Positions 32,169 to 42,127 are shown, counted from the first letter of the stretch. The stretch is 64,000 nucleotides of DNA from Abditibacterium sp. (GCA_965199495.1 CBDASK010000003.1:4000001-4064000), one strand, 5' to 3'. Program-made: numbers and translations. Notes: generated by a model from the sequence alone, not told the origin.

Positions 32169-32509
32169 CAGTGACTGGCACCGAGCAACGCCGCGTCTTC
32201 CGAGGGCAAAAGTTGTTGCAATTCGTGGTCTATAGCGACTTGTTCGGCGCGAGCCGTTTCGAGCGCCTCCATCAAACGCGTCACTGATTGCCGGTGGCGT
32301 TCACCCAGCGCGGTCAACTGCTGATTCTGCTTTCTCAGCGCCACAGTTTCTTCTTCTAAAGCCCGATTGCGTGGCTGCAAAACGGCGGCTTCGTGGGCAT
32401 CCGCTTGAGCGAGTAACTTTTCCAACTCGGCGCTTTGAGCCGATGTCGGTTCCAAAATGGCGCGCAGCTCGCGGATGCGTTGCCATTGGGCGGATGAAAG
32501 CGATGTCAT
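32168..32509 (-). CDS. Small helical/coiled-coil protein coupled to the HNH gene (possible antitoxin or partner)
   Basis: 113-aa ORF; TGATG overlap with the HNH start. Confidence 0.6.
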   Translation of the reverse strand: MTSLSSAQWQRIRELRAILEPTSAQSAELEKLLAQADAHEAAVLQPRNRALEEETVALRKQNQQLTALGERHRQSVTRLMEALETARAEQVAIDHELQQLLPSEDAALLGASH

Positions 32510-32559
32510 GCTTGGAGTTTGCCCCAAACAAAGCGGATTGCCAACCAGATTGGAGCGCC

Positions 32560-32590
32560 AAAAAGCGCGCCGACATCAGTCGGCGCGCTT
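32560..32590 (-). terminator. topA terminator
   Basis: AAGCGCGCCGAC-loop-GTCGGCGCGCTT hairpin with a U-tract on the minus strand. Confidence 0.75.
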
Positions 32591-32605
32591 GCGATTTGAC
32601 TATAA

Positions 32606-35044
32606 CTAATCCGCGTTTTCCGCTTCTACTTCTGCGACCTTGGCTTTGGACGTGGTTGCTCTTTTGGCCGGAACCTTTTTCGCCGCAGTTTTCGTCGTCG
32701 CCTTTTTCGCCGGAGCTTTCTTGGCCGCCACTTTCGCTTTGGGCGCGGCTTTGGGCGCCGGATCGTTGGGATCGGGATATTTCGGGTTGCCCTCTTTATC
32801 CATCTTCACGATGGTTTTGCATTCGGGATAACCGCTGCAACCCAGAAACGGCCCGAACCGACCGCTGCGTTTATTCAGCATTTTGCCGCAGTTGGGACAG
32901 GGAAACTCGGTTGTTTCCGCCGCCGGTTTTTCCAAGCCGTCAATTTTGGCGCCTTCAATAGGAATCAAATTCTTACAACTCGGATAACCGGTGCAGCCCC
33001 AGAACGCCCCGCGCGCCGACGCGCGTACGACCATATCTTTGCCGCATTTGTCGCATTCTTTGGTCGAACCCGGCTCGATGCCTTCGACTTCAACGACCGG
33101 CTTCTCGACCTTAGCCACGGGCAAACCTTCAGGGCTGATATTCATCGTCGTGTTGCAATCGGGATAATTGGGACAACTCAAAAACTCGCCGAAACGCCCG
33201 CGTTTTTTGAGCAACATCGCGCCACAAGTCGGACAGGGAAACTCGGTTTCGGTCGGCTCGACTTTCACCATTTCGGTTTTGGCCTTGACCACATCTTCGT
33301 GAAACGGATCGTAAAACGAGCGCAGAACTTCCGTCCACACGCGCTTGCCGCCCTCAACGTCGTCCAACTGTTCCTCGACGCCCGCCGTAAATCCGACGTT
33401 AACGATGCCGCCGAAATGCTCGACCAATTTATCGTTGACCAGAAAACCCAATTCGGTCGGCGTGAAACGGCGCTGATCAATCGTGGTATATTCGCGGTCA
33501 ACGATGGTATGCAAAATCGAGGCATACGTCGAAGGCCGTCCGATGCCGTTTTCTTCCAGTGCTTTCACGAGGGTCGCTTCGGTATAGCGCGGCGGTGGCT
33601 GGGTGAAGTGCTGGCGCGGAATGATTTCGTCCAACTTCACCGGCTGACCGTTGGAAAGTTCGGGCAAACGACGGTCGGCGTTTTCGTCATCGGCCTCGAT
33701 TTCGTCGGATTTGTCTTCGTCTTTGGCTTCTTCGTAAGCGATGAGAAAGCCCTGAAACTTGATGATCGAACCCGAAGCGCGCAGACCAAACTCGTCGGAC
33801 GAAGTTTGCGATGCGGGCATTTGGTGCGGCGCATCGTTGGCCAGCGCCGCACTCGCGCGGATGTCCACGCTCGTCACGTCGAAAATCGCCGGTTTCATCT
33901 GCGACGCCATAAAGCGACGCCAGATCAGACGATACAACTTGAATTGGTCGGGCGACAAATATCCTTCGATGTCTTCGGGCACGATTTCGATATACGAAGG
34001 CCGCACCGCTTCATGCGCTTCCTGTGCGTTTTTACGATTTTTGTATTGCGGCGCGGATTCCGGCAGGAATTCGGCGCCGTATTTTTCGGTAATCAATTCG
34101 CGCGCGGCGACCTGAGCTTCTTTGGCGATGCTGGTCGAGTCGGTTCGCATATAAGTAATCAAACCGACGGGCGCGTCGCGGCCAATATCCAGACCTTCAT
34201 ACAAATCCTGCGCGCAACGCATGGTGCGTGAGGCGCTGAAACGCATCTGTTTTGAGGCTTCCTGCTGCAACGTAGACGTGATAAACGGCGCGGCGGGATT
34301 GCGCTTTTTCTCGCGGCGCTTCACGCTTTCGACGACGAACGGCAACGGTTGCAGCGCGTCAACCAGCGCGGTCGCTTCGTCTTCGTTGCCGATTTCGACT
34401 TTCTTGCCGTTGCGCGTCAGCAGCTTGGCCGGGAACGGAAATTTCTCTTCGAGCGGCGACAAAAGCGCCGTGACGCTCCAATATTCCTCAATTTTAAACG
34501 CCTGAATTTCGCGTTCGCGTTCGCAAACCAAACGTAGCGCGATGGATTGAACGCGTCCGGCGCTGGTTTTGGGCGCGACTTTGCGCGCTAACAAAGGCGA
34601 CAATTCGTAGCCGATGATGCGATCTAAAATGCGCCGCGCCTGTTGCGCGTTGACGCGATCCATGTTGATGTCGCGCGGCTTTTTGAGCGCGTTTTGCACC
34701 GCCGTTTTGGTGATCTCGTTGAATTCGATGCGCTTGACTTTTTTTAGATGCAGCGCCTCGCGGATATGCCACGCGATGGCTTCGCCCTCGCGGTCGGGGT
34801 CGGAGGCGAGATAAACGATGTCGGCCTGCGCGGCGGCGCGGCGCAGTTCGTCAATGATGCGAGAGCGCGTGGGCAGCAATTCGTAGGTCGGCTCAAAGTT
34901 GTTTTTGATGTCCACGTTGATGCCTTTGGCGGGCAGGTCGCGGACGTGGCCCTGCGAACCCATGACGGTGAAGTCCGGGCCGAGAAATCCTTTGAGAGTT
35001 TTAACTTTCGTCGGCGATTCGACGATAACGAGCGATTTTGACAT
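32606..35044 (-). CDS. topA: DNA topoisomerase I with Zn ribbons and a Lys/Ala-rich tail
   Basis: LVIVESP.K, DPDREGEAI, SAGRVQS, ITYMRTDS, GIGRPSTY, three C4 ribbons. Confidence 0.97.
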   Translation of the reverse strand: MSKSLVIVESPTKVKTLKGFLGPDFTVMGSQGHVRDLPAKGINVDIKNNFEPTYELLPTRSRIIDELRRAAAQADIVYLASDPDREGEAIAWHIREALHLKKVKRIEFNEITKTAVQNALKKPRDINMDRVNAQQARRILDRIIGYELSPLLARKVAPKTSAGRVQSIALRLVCEREREIQAFKIEEYWSVTALLSPLEEKFPFPAKLLTRNGKKVEIGNEDEATALVDALQPLPFVVESVKRREKKRNPAAPFITSTLQQEASKQMRFSASRTMRCAQDLYEGLDIGRDAPVGLITYMRTDSTSIAKEAQVAARELITEKYGAEFLPESAPQYKNRKNAQEAHEAVRPSYIEIVPEDIEGYLSPDQFKLYRLIWRRFMASQMKPAIFDVTSVDIRASAALANDAPHQMPASQTSSDEFGLRASGSIIKFQGFLIAYEEAKDEDKSDEIEADDENADRRLPELSNGQPVKLDEIIPRQHFTQPPPRYTEATLVKALEENGIGRPSTYASILHTIVDREYTTIDQRRFTPTELGFLVNDKLVEHFGGIVNVGFTAGVEEQLDDVEGGKRVWTEVLRSFYDPFHEDVVKAKTEMVKVEPTETEFPCPTCGAMLLKKRGRFGEFLSCPNYPDCNTTMNISPEGLPVAKVEKPVVEVEGIEPGSTKECDKCGKDMVVRASARGAFWGCTGYPSCKNLIPIEGAKIDGLEKPAAETTEFPCPNCGKMLNKRSGRFGPFLGCSGYPECKTIVKMDKEGNPKYPDPNDPAPKAAPKAKVAAKKAPAKKATTKTAAKKVPAKRATTSKAKVAEVEAENAD

Positions 35045-35055
35045 GGGGGAGGGAA

Positions 35056-35158
35056 GGTGGCAAGTGACAGGTGGCAAGTGGCAAGTGAATGAATTTCGGC
35101 GAGCTTGTTACTGTCGCTCAACGCATCCCTTGTCACCTGCTACCTGTCACTTGCCACC
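35056..35158. repeat. Heptamer inverted-repeat element (GGCAAGT / ACTTGCC units)
   Basis: ggtggcaagtgacaggtggcaagtggcaagtga ... tgtcacctgctacctgtcacttgccacc between dprA and topA. Confidence 0.8.
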
Positions 35159-35161
35159 CAT

Positions 35162-36400
35162 TTAAACGACTTTCACAAACAAATTACCGGGCAGCTTTTT
35201 GACGGCGCCCTTGATTTCCAGCATCACGATGGCCGAGTTCGCCACCTTGATTTCCAGTCCGGCTTGCTCAGCCACGTCGTCCAAATGACGCGGCTCGACA
35301 TCAAGAGCGAGCCAGACTTTATTTTCGTCATCCGAGAAATCGGGGCGCGGGCCACTCAAAACAACAGAGCTTTGAATTTTCTTTGGCGTGCTGGATGTTG
35401 ATGTAGGGTGACGACGCGAAATCGTCGGCGCGGGTTCCGCTCCCTTTATAGATGCAAATTCCAAGTTCTCTTCGTCCATTTCTCCATCCGGCGCTAAAAT
35501 TTGGCCGGGTGCGCTAAACGAGTTGGCCAGATAATCCAATACATCGTCGGCACTTTGGGCCAGCATCGCGCCTTCCTGAATCAACTTGTGCGGCCCGTGG
35601 CTTTGTGGTTTATGCACATTGCCCGGAACCGCGAAAACTTCGCGGCCATGTTCGACGGCGAAGCGCGCGCTGATTAACGCGCCCGATTTTGCTTGCGCCT
35701 CGACAACCACAACCGCGCAACTCAAACCCGAAACCAGACGATTGCGCGCCGGAAAGTGCCAACTGGCGGGCGGCGTGCCCGGTGCCCATTCGCTCAGAAC
35801 CGCGCCATTGCGTTCGATTTCGAGCATCAAATCGCGGTTTTCCGGCGGATAAACCATATCCAAACCGCACGCTGTGACGGCAATCGTGCGTCCGCCGCCA
35901 TCCAAGGCGCCGCGATGGGCGGCGGTATCAATGCCGCGCGCCAAACCCGAAACCACCGTCCAACCAGCGCGCGCGAACTCCAATCCGAAACGATGCGCCA
36001 AACCGCGCCCATATTCCGTCACGTTGCGCGTGCCGACGATGGCGATGCAATGCGCATCGGCGGGCGTTAAGGCACCGCGCGCGAACAGCCACGCCGGAGT
36101 ATCGTCGTTGATTTGCGTTAAAAGTGGCGGAAATTCGGCCTCAGTCACAATGGAAATTGCGTGCGTTTCGAGGGCTTCGAGTTGAGGCGAAACATCGCGG
36201 CGGGCGGCATCGCGCAATTTTTCGATGGCGCGTTTGGAAAGTTTGTGTTGACTTTCCAACTGCTGCGGCGCCGACGTGGCTGCATCGAGCAGGGCTTGCG
36301 GCCCGTCAAATGCGGGCAATATTTCTCTGGCGCGAGCGGTCGGCAGAGCGGCGAGCGAAAGGCGAATCCAACTTTCGTGATCGCGGGCGGGCGTGGGCAT
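35162..36400 (-). CDS. dprA: DNA-processing protein DprA
   Basis: AIVGTR, VVSGLARGIDTAAH, FPARNRLVSGLS, KSGALISA, GREVFAVPG; canonical dprA-topA order. Confidence 0.95.
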   Translation of the reverse strand: MPTPARDHESWIRLSLAALPTARAREILPAFDGPQALLDAATSAPQQLESQHKLSKRAIEKLRDAARRDVSPQLEALETHAISIVTEAEFPPLLTQINDDTPAWLFARGALTPADAHCIAIVGTRNVTEYGRGLAHRFGLEFARAGWTVVSGLARGIDTAAHRGALDGGGRTIAVTACGLDMVYPPENRDLMLEIERNGAVLSEWAPGTPPASWHFPARNRLVSGLSCAVVVVEAQAKSGALISARFAVEHGREVFAVPGNVHKPQSHGPHKLIQEGAMLAQSADDVLDYLANSFSAPGQILAPDGEMDEENLEFASIKGAEPAPTISRRHPTSTSSTPKKIQSSVVLSGPRPDFSDDENKVWLALDVEPRHLDDVAEQAGLEIKVANSAIVMLEIKGAVKKLPGNLFVKVV

Positions 36401-36526
36401 TGATAGAAAAGCACGCCCGTTGGGAACGACAAATAAGTGGACGCGCGCTGCGGGGGTTTACGTGAAATTGGTCGCAACTGTCAACTCTTCCAGATATTTG
36501 CGCGAGATGTTTCGCCCACCACACGC

Positions 36527-36560
36527 GAAAACGACCGGACGAAATCGCCCGGTCGTTTTC
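36527..36560 (-). terminator. Putative terminator hairpin
   Basis: GAAAACGACCGG...CCGGTCGTTTTC just after the stop of the propeller gene. Confidence 0.65.
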
Positions 36561-36570
36561 TGTTTATCGG

Positions 36571-38610
36571 TTATTCCCCAAAATTCCTGCCTCCATCAAA
36601 ACCACCGCCATCGAAACCGCCGCCGTTGGGATCGCCACCATCGAAACCACCGCCGTTGGGATCGCCGCCATCGAAGCCGCCACCGTTGGGATCGCCACCA
36701 TTGGGATCGCCGCCGCCAAAATTTCCTCCTCTGCCGCCATTACGGCCACCGTTACGGCCACCCCTTGAGCCGTTGCGATAGGTAGTAGGAGCCGCCGGAG
36801 CGGGCGTGGTATTATCCACCAGAAAACTCGTGCTAAAGCTCGTGACGTTGCCAGCGTAATCCTTTGCGCTAATCACCACTTTCTTCAAACCGTCGGTCAA
36901 TGCCGGATCGTTTTTGGCTGGGTCAACTAAAGTCGCCGTCAAGACGCCGCTCGCTTGGCCATAAAAAACGCGCGCCGCTTCAAGGGGTTTGTCGTTGATA
37001 GAAACCGTCACCGAACTGGGGTCAATACCACTGCCCACATCGTCAATTTGTGCGGCGAAGTAGAATGGGCCGATGCCGGGCACGATCTGTGGCGAATCGG
37101 GTTTGAGCAACAACGCCAGCAGATTGCGGTCGGTCGCGTTGACCGCAATGGAAGGCTCGATAATGCGAGGAGGGTCGGCATCGAAGGGCAACGATGTGAA
37201 ACCATAAAGCGCGGCATCGTCGCCCAGAACGAACACATGATTGTCAATGGCCGCAGGCGCCGACGAAACGCCGTAAGTGCGTTTTTCCGGTTCACTATTC
37301 CTTCCCGTTCCGCCAAAGCCACCGCCGCCTCTGCCACCAAAGCCGCCGCCACCTCTGCCACCCCTGCCGCCGCCAAAGCGCCCACCGCCGAAAGTCGAAT
37401 TTTCTCTTTCTCTGGCGCTCTTGAGATCGTAAACGCGTTCGGTTCCCAAACTATATTGCCAGAGAATGTCGCCACTGGTCGGATTGAACCCGACGAGCGC
37501 GCCCGTGCTGGTGCCCACCAAAACCACATTTTTCAAAACCAGAGGCGAACCCGTGATGCTGGGAGTATCCGTCAAAGTTTTCTCCCATTTAATGGTGCCT
37601 TTGGCGGCGTCCACAGCGCTAAATTTTCCGCCGCGCGTGCCGAAGAAAATCAGCGCGCCCTGTTTGCTGCCATCGGCGGGTTGCATCAGTGAAGGTGACG
37701 CGACGATGTCATCGTCTGCCGTCAAAGTCCAGTTCGCACCGCCATCGCCGATGCGTAGCGAGGAAAGTCGTTTGCCAGAAGCCGTATAAATCGCGTCGTT
37801 GGTGGCGATGGGCGTGATGCTGCTACGGGTGGCTTGAGGCAACGAAAACAGCACGCGCGCTTCGGGCACGTTGATGATGTAAAGGCGCGAGTCCGAACCC
37901 ATGATGAACATACGCGAGTTATCGGGCATAACGGCCATCGAAGAGGCCGCCGAAGTGCCGATGGCGCCGATTTGCAGTTGCCAATCTTTGTCAATAACCC
38001 CAGCGAAAGTAACGGCCACCAAGCGACCGGTATTGAGCGCGCAAATGATGCGCGGCCCTTTTTTCGTCTTCACAATTATCGGCCCCGCCTCGGTCGCCAA
38101 CGCGCCACAATCCACTTCCCACGCGCGGCCCCCGTCGGCGGTTTTGATCGCCGCCAGACGACCGCTCGATTGCAGCGCCAGAATCAAATCGCCATCGTCG
38201 GTCGAAAGCAAAGTCAAAGGCACGCTGATGCTGGACGCGAGTTCCGGCGATTTCCAGACCTGCGCGCCCGTATTGACATCGGTCGCGTAAACCACGTTGT
38301 CCGCCGCAAATACGACGATTTGATTGCCAGGTGCCCCGATAACCAAAGGCGAAGTGATGTAAGAATGCGCCGAGCCAATCGAAGAGAAACGCCACTGCAA
38401 AGAGAGCGGCAACTTGGTCGCCGCCGCACTGGAACCGGTGCGTTGTGGGTCGCCTTTAAAAGTCGTCCATGCCGTTGTCGAGGCCGCAGGCGTGGTTGGG
38501 TTAGGCGCCGCATCCTGTGCATGAGAGGCGGACGGTGCCAGCAAGAGGGCACCGCCCAGAACGCCAAGGGTCAGAAAAAACTTGGGTGAGACACGCGAGA
38601 AGTTAGACAT
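36571..38610 (-). CDS. Secreted PQQ-like/BamB-like beta-propeller with Ig-like domain and Gly-rich repeats
   Basis: Signal peptide, WTTFKGDPQRTG, repeated A.D..TG...W blades, SAKDYAGN, C-terminal (GGDPNGGGFD)n. Confidence 0.8.
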   Translation of the reverse strand: MSNFSRVSPKFFLTLGVLGGALLLAPSASHAQDAAPNPTTPAASTTAWTTFKGDPQRTGSSAAATKLPLSLQWRFSSIGSAHSYITSPLVIGAPGNQIVVFAADNVVYATDVNTGAQVWKSPELASSISVPLTLLSTDDGDLILALQSSGRLAAIKTADGGRAWEVDCGALATEAGPIIVKTKKGPRIICALNTGRLVAVTFAGVIDKDWQLQIGAIGTSAASSMAVMPDNSRMFIMGSDSRLYIINVPEARVLFSLPQATRSSITPIATNDAIYTASGKRLSSLRIGDGGANWTLTADDDIVASPSLMQPADGSKQGALIFFGTRGGKFSAVDAAKGTIKWEKTLTDTPSITGSPLVLKNVVLVGTSTGALVGFNPTSGDILWQYSLGTERVYDLKSARERENSTFGGGRFGGGRGGRGGGGFGGRGGGGFGGTGRNSEPEKRTYGVSSAPAAIDNHVFVLGDDAALYGFTSLPFDADPPRIIEPSIAVNATDRNLLALLLKPDSPQIVPGIGPFYFAAQIDDVGSGIDPSSVTVSINDKPLEAARVFYGQASGVLTATLVDPAKNDPALTDGLKKVVISAKDYAGNVTSFSTSFLVDNTTPAPAAPTTYRNGSRGGRNGGRNGGRGGNFGGGDPNGGDPNGGGFDGGDPNGGGFDGGDPNGGGFDGGGFDGGRNFGE

Positions 38611-38745
38611 GAATTGAAAGTTTACGGCCACAGACAAATTTGGAAAGTCACGTATAGTTTGACAACTCTCGTTCCAATTGCATACCTTGACAGCGCAGCT
38701 ATTTATGGGTGCAATTGAAATGGGCGCACAAACGGCTCCGCGAAA

Positions 38746-39486
38746 CTAAAACATCTCCAGTGGCGGAGCGCTTTTGGCGTCGCGGATTTTGTAACCTTGC
38801 GGCGCCTGAAACAGCGAGGTCGCCAAATCTTTGGGCCGCGCATAATTGCTCCACACGGCGGTCACTTTCAGGCCCGTGCCTTGGGCTTCCAACCGCAACG
38901 GAAGCCCATCGCTTTTGCGCAAATAGGCTTTAGCATTGCTCAGTTTATCGTTGGTTTTGCTGATTGTATAAACGTCAACAGCCGTGCCACCCAGCGTGCT
39001 GGAAGCGACCCGTTTGGCGCCGTTTTGCGTTAAAAGCGCGCGGATTTTGCCGGGATTGCGCACCAATTCTTGCGGGTCGAGGCCCAATCCGCCAAAGTTC
39101 TGTTGGCGCGAACCGTCAATTTTCCAGCGCACGCCCGCTTTGGAAGTGGGGAGCAAACGATAAATATAAGGCGGCGCCACCAGAGTCACCGATTTTTGTC
39201 CGGCGAAAGTCGTTTCGACGCGCGTGCGATTGCCGTGCAGCAAAACGCGCGCTTGCAAGGTTTGCCCTCCGATGCCCGCATTCGAGCCGGTGGCTGCTAC
39301 GCGCGCGTTGATATTGAAAGTTAAGTTGGAAACTGGCGCCGCCTGAACCGGGGTCGCAACAGCAGCCACGCCGCCAGCTAACGCGCCTAAAACGCAGAAA
39401 GTGGACGTTGTGGAGCGCACAAAGCGCGCGGGGGAAGTTGAATTTAATGGGGTGAAAAGAGTCAAAATAGTTCCTTGAAAGATCAT
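38746..39486 (-). CDS. Secreted hypothetical protein (LolA/DUF4412-like fold possible)
   Basis: Signal-like segment; ...DGLPLRLE...WSNY...LFQAPQGYKI. Start uncertain. Confidence 0.55.
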   Translation of the reverse strand: MIFQGTILTLFTPLNSTSPARFVRSTTSTFCVLGALAGGVAAVATPVQAAPVSNLTFNINARVAATGSNAGIGGQTLQARVLLHGNRTRVETTFAGQKSVTLVAPPYIYRLLPTSKAGVRWKIDGSRQQNFGGLGLDPQELVRNPGKIRALLTQNGAKRVASSTLGGTAVDVYTISKTNDKLSNAKAYLRKSDGLPLRLEAQGTGLKVTAVWSNYARPKDLATSLFQAPQGYKIRDAKSAPPLEMF

Positions 39487-39689
39487 TGGAAAGTCGCTGG
39501 TGCAAAAAACGTGCTTTTGCCATCGAACGCGCAGTTGGCGAAATGCTCGCAACAAGCGGTGAAATTCTTATTTGGCAGTTGGCAAAAATCCGATGGTGAA
39601 ACAATTGGACACCTTTTGTCGCGCAGAGTTCGAGGTATCGGGCGCCAAAATGTCGAGAAACGGCGAAACTGATTTTTTATTTACTTCCA

Positions 39690-40346
39690 ATGAACTACGA
39701 TTTTCATATTCACGATGCGGTGCGCGTCGAGTATCGCGTGGCGACCGATGGTTCTTCATTTCCGCGCGGCTATTCGTGCATCGAGCGCGAAACGCGCAGT
39801 GCGGGCGGCAACGGCGCCGTGGCTGCTGTCACGCTGGCGCGTTGGGGCGCGCGCGTTTTGCTGACCGGCAACGCGATTGGCGACGACGATCACGGGCGCT
39901 TTTTGCTCAAACAACTCGCATCCATCGAAAATTTGACGTTTCAGGCCGATGTGCAACCAAACGTCGTCACACCTTATGCGATTTTGTTGCGCGCCGGGCA
40001 CTTCGACGTGGGCACGTTATTATCGCCCGAAGCGGCCAACATCAAGTTGCCTCGTTTGAGCCGCAACACGCACGATGCGCGCTTTTTCGGCGGCGCGTTC
40101 GAGGGCTGGGGCGAAACTGCGGGCACGGCCCAATTGGAGGCGGCGACGCAGGATTATAATTCGCTGGTCGGCGCATTAGCGGGCGTGGCGGCGATTTATG
40201 GTCAGTTGATGGAAAATCAGGTTTCGCACGCGCATCAGAACGCGCTGAGCGAGGCGGCCACCAGAATTTATGCCGAGCGTTTCGGCGGTTTGGATTCGAT
40301 TCCAACCTTGGAAGAACTGGAAGCCTATTTGCCCGTCGCGCGTTAA
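39690..40346 (+). CDS. Short PfkB-like carbohydrate kinase homolog
   Basis: GGNGAVAAVTLARWGA...AIGDDDHG N-terminal PfkB signature; no DTxGAGD motif. Confidence 0.6.
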   Translation: MNYDFHIHDAVRVEYRVATDGSSFPRGYSCIERETRSAGGNGAVAAVTLARWGARVLLTGNAIGDDDHGRFLLKQLASIENLTFQADVQPNVVTPYAILLRAGHFDVGTLLSPEAANIKLPRLSRNTHDARFFGGAFEGWGETAGTAQLEAATQDYNSLVGALAGVAAIYGQLMENQVSHAHQNALSEAATRIYAERFGGLDSIPTLEELEAYLPVAR

Positions 40347-40405
40347 TCTATGAGCAACGTCGGCGCGTTTGTTTGATGCTGATGCTGTCAAGGATAATTT
40401 AACCA

Positions 40406-40924
40406 ATGATTGAAATGACCGTTGAAGGCATCGGAATAGACCCGTCGAATAACCCGTTGGTGTTGCTGCGCGACGCTGAGCGCAAGATATTCGTGCCGAT
40501 CTGGATCGGCCCCGCCGAAGCGGTTTCGATTCAGATGGAATTGGACGAAAAGCAGCCGCAGCGCCCAATGACGCACGATTTGCTGACCACGGTTTTGCGC
40601 GAACTGGGCGCGACGCTGGTGCGCGTCACGGTCAACGATTTCGCCGATTCGGTCTATTACGCGTCGCTCCACGTTCAAGTCGGGCGCAACGCCGATAATT
40701 TGCAGGAAATTGATGCCCGCCCTTCCGACGCCATCGCTTTGGCTTTGCGCGCGCACGCGCAGATTTTGGTCGCCAACGATGTCGCCGAAAAAACCGGCAT
40801 TCAAGTCGAAGAAAACACGCCGCTCGCGATGGCCGAAGGCAACGCCGAGCCGCTTTCGCCCGCCGACGAAATCGAAATAGATCGGCTTTCGCGCCTGTTG
40901 GAAGATGTGGATTTGGACAAATAA
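40406..40924 (+). CDS. Bifunctional nuclease (DUF151) family protein
   Basis: PIWIGPAEA, RPMTHDL, IDARPSDAIALALR. Confidence 0.92.
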   Translation: MIEMTVEGIGIDPSNNPLVLLRDAERKIFVPIWIGPAEAVSIQMELDEKQPQRPMTHDLLTTVLRELGATLVRVTVNDFADSVYYASLHVQVGRNADNLQEIDARPSDAIALALRAHAQILVANDVAEKTGIQVEENTPLAMAEGNAEPLSPADEIEIDRLSRLLEDVDLDK

Positions 40925-41001
40925 ATTCTCAAAATCAGAAAACGAAAATTGAACTTTGCTCCCAAGCTCGCGTCGAAGTGTCATCCGATTAAGGAACTTC
41001 G

Positions 41002-41499
41002 ATGAAAATTTTCAATCCTTCCCGTTTGTTAGCCGTTGCGACTGCTGGCATTTTGTCCGCCTCCGTTCTGTTAGCTCCCGCTCCGGCGCGCGCCGACAAA
41101 GCCAAAAATTATAAATACGGCGCGATTGCGCTGGGCGTTTTGGGCGGCGTTCTGCTTTCCAAAGGCAAAACCGTCGAAGGCGCCGCCGCCTTGGGCGCTG
41201 GAGCCTACACCTACAAAAAGGGCGAAGACACGCGCAAAGCCGATAAATACGATAATTACGGCAATTATGGCGACCGGTATGGCTATAACAACAGCTACAA
41301 TAACGGCGACCGCTACGGCTACAACAACTCGTATAATTCCGGTTACGATAATCGCTACGATGTGCCCGACCGCAATCGTCTGGGCAACCGCGACAACAAT
41401 CGCAACTCGGAATATCGCGCTTACCGCAGCGATGATCGTTACGCTTCTCGCGACCGCGATTACCGCGAAAATAAGAATCCCAAAATTCGCGTGCGATAA
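41002..41499 (+). CDS. Secreted Tyr/Asn/Arg/Asp-rich hypothetical protein
   Basis: Signal peptide ending APARA, glycine-zipper-like segment, tandem GDRYGYNNSYN repeat. Confidence 0.7.
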   Translation: MKIFNPSRLLAVATAGILSASVLLAPAPARADKAKNYKYGAIALGVLGGVLLSKGKTVEGAAALGAGAYTYKKGEDTRKADKYDNYGNYGDRYGYNNSYNNGDRYGYNNSYNSGYDNRYDVPDRNRLGNRDNNRNSEYRAYRSDDRYASRDRDYRENKNPKIRVR

Positions 41500-41511
41500 A
41501 AAACGGTTTGG

Positions 41512-41548
41512 AAATGCGGCATCAACCTCAGGTTGATGCCGCATTTTT
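41512..41548 (+). terminator. Rho-independent terminator
   Basis: AAATGCGGCATCAACC-TCA-GGTTGATGCCGCATTTTT. Confidence 0.8.
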
Positions 41549-41602
41549 GTTATTGAAACTCGCAACTTTTGGGCGCGCTTAATCGTCGGAAAAGGGAGTC
41601 TT

Positions 41603-42127
41603 ATGAACCTTGATTTAACCGAAGTTTTGCGCGGCCCCGGTCATGCCGCCGAGCGCAAAATCGCTATTCCCGTGGGCACTTTGGACGAGTGGGAATTAAC
41701 CGAACCGGTGACGGGCGTTGTGCGCGCGGTCAATGCGCGCCGCAATATCATCATCTCCGGGCGAGCAGCCACCGCCGTCGAAATGGAGTGCAGTCGTTGC
41801 CTCGAAACTTATAGTCAGCCGCTCGAATTCGAGCTGGAAGTGACGGTTCCGTTATCGCATTTCAATCCGCTTTTGGGTGCCGCCGCTGTCGAGGAAGACG
41901 ACGAAGACGGGCAGGAACTCACCAAAGAAGACATCGAAGCCTTATTTCAGGGCCACGATTTGGATGTTGACGAATTGGTTCGTCAGGCGATTGTTTTGAG
42001 CGCGCCGATTCAACCGTTGTGCGCCGCCGATTGTGCTGGCTTGCCCGAAGCGGCTTCATTGCGCGAGGCGCCCGTTGATTCGCGCTGGGCGGCTTTGCAG
42101 AATGTGAGCGGCAAAAGCGCGTCGTAA
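41603..42127 (+). CDS. yceD: YceD/DUF177 family protein
   Basis: CSRCL, LC..DC.GL, DSRWAAL; directly upstream of rpmF. Confidence 0.88.
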   Translation: MNLDLTEVLRGPGHAAERKIAIPVGTLDEWELTEPVTGVVRAVNARRNIIISGRAATAVEMECSRCLETYSQPLEFELEVTVPLSHFNPLLGAAAVEEDDEDGQELTKEDIEALFQGHDLDVDELVRQAIVLSAPIQPLCAADCAGLPEAASLREAPVDSRWAALQNVSGKSAS

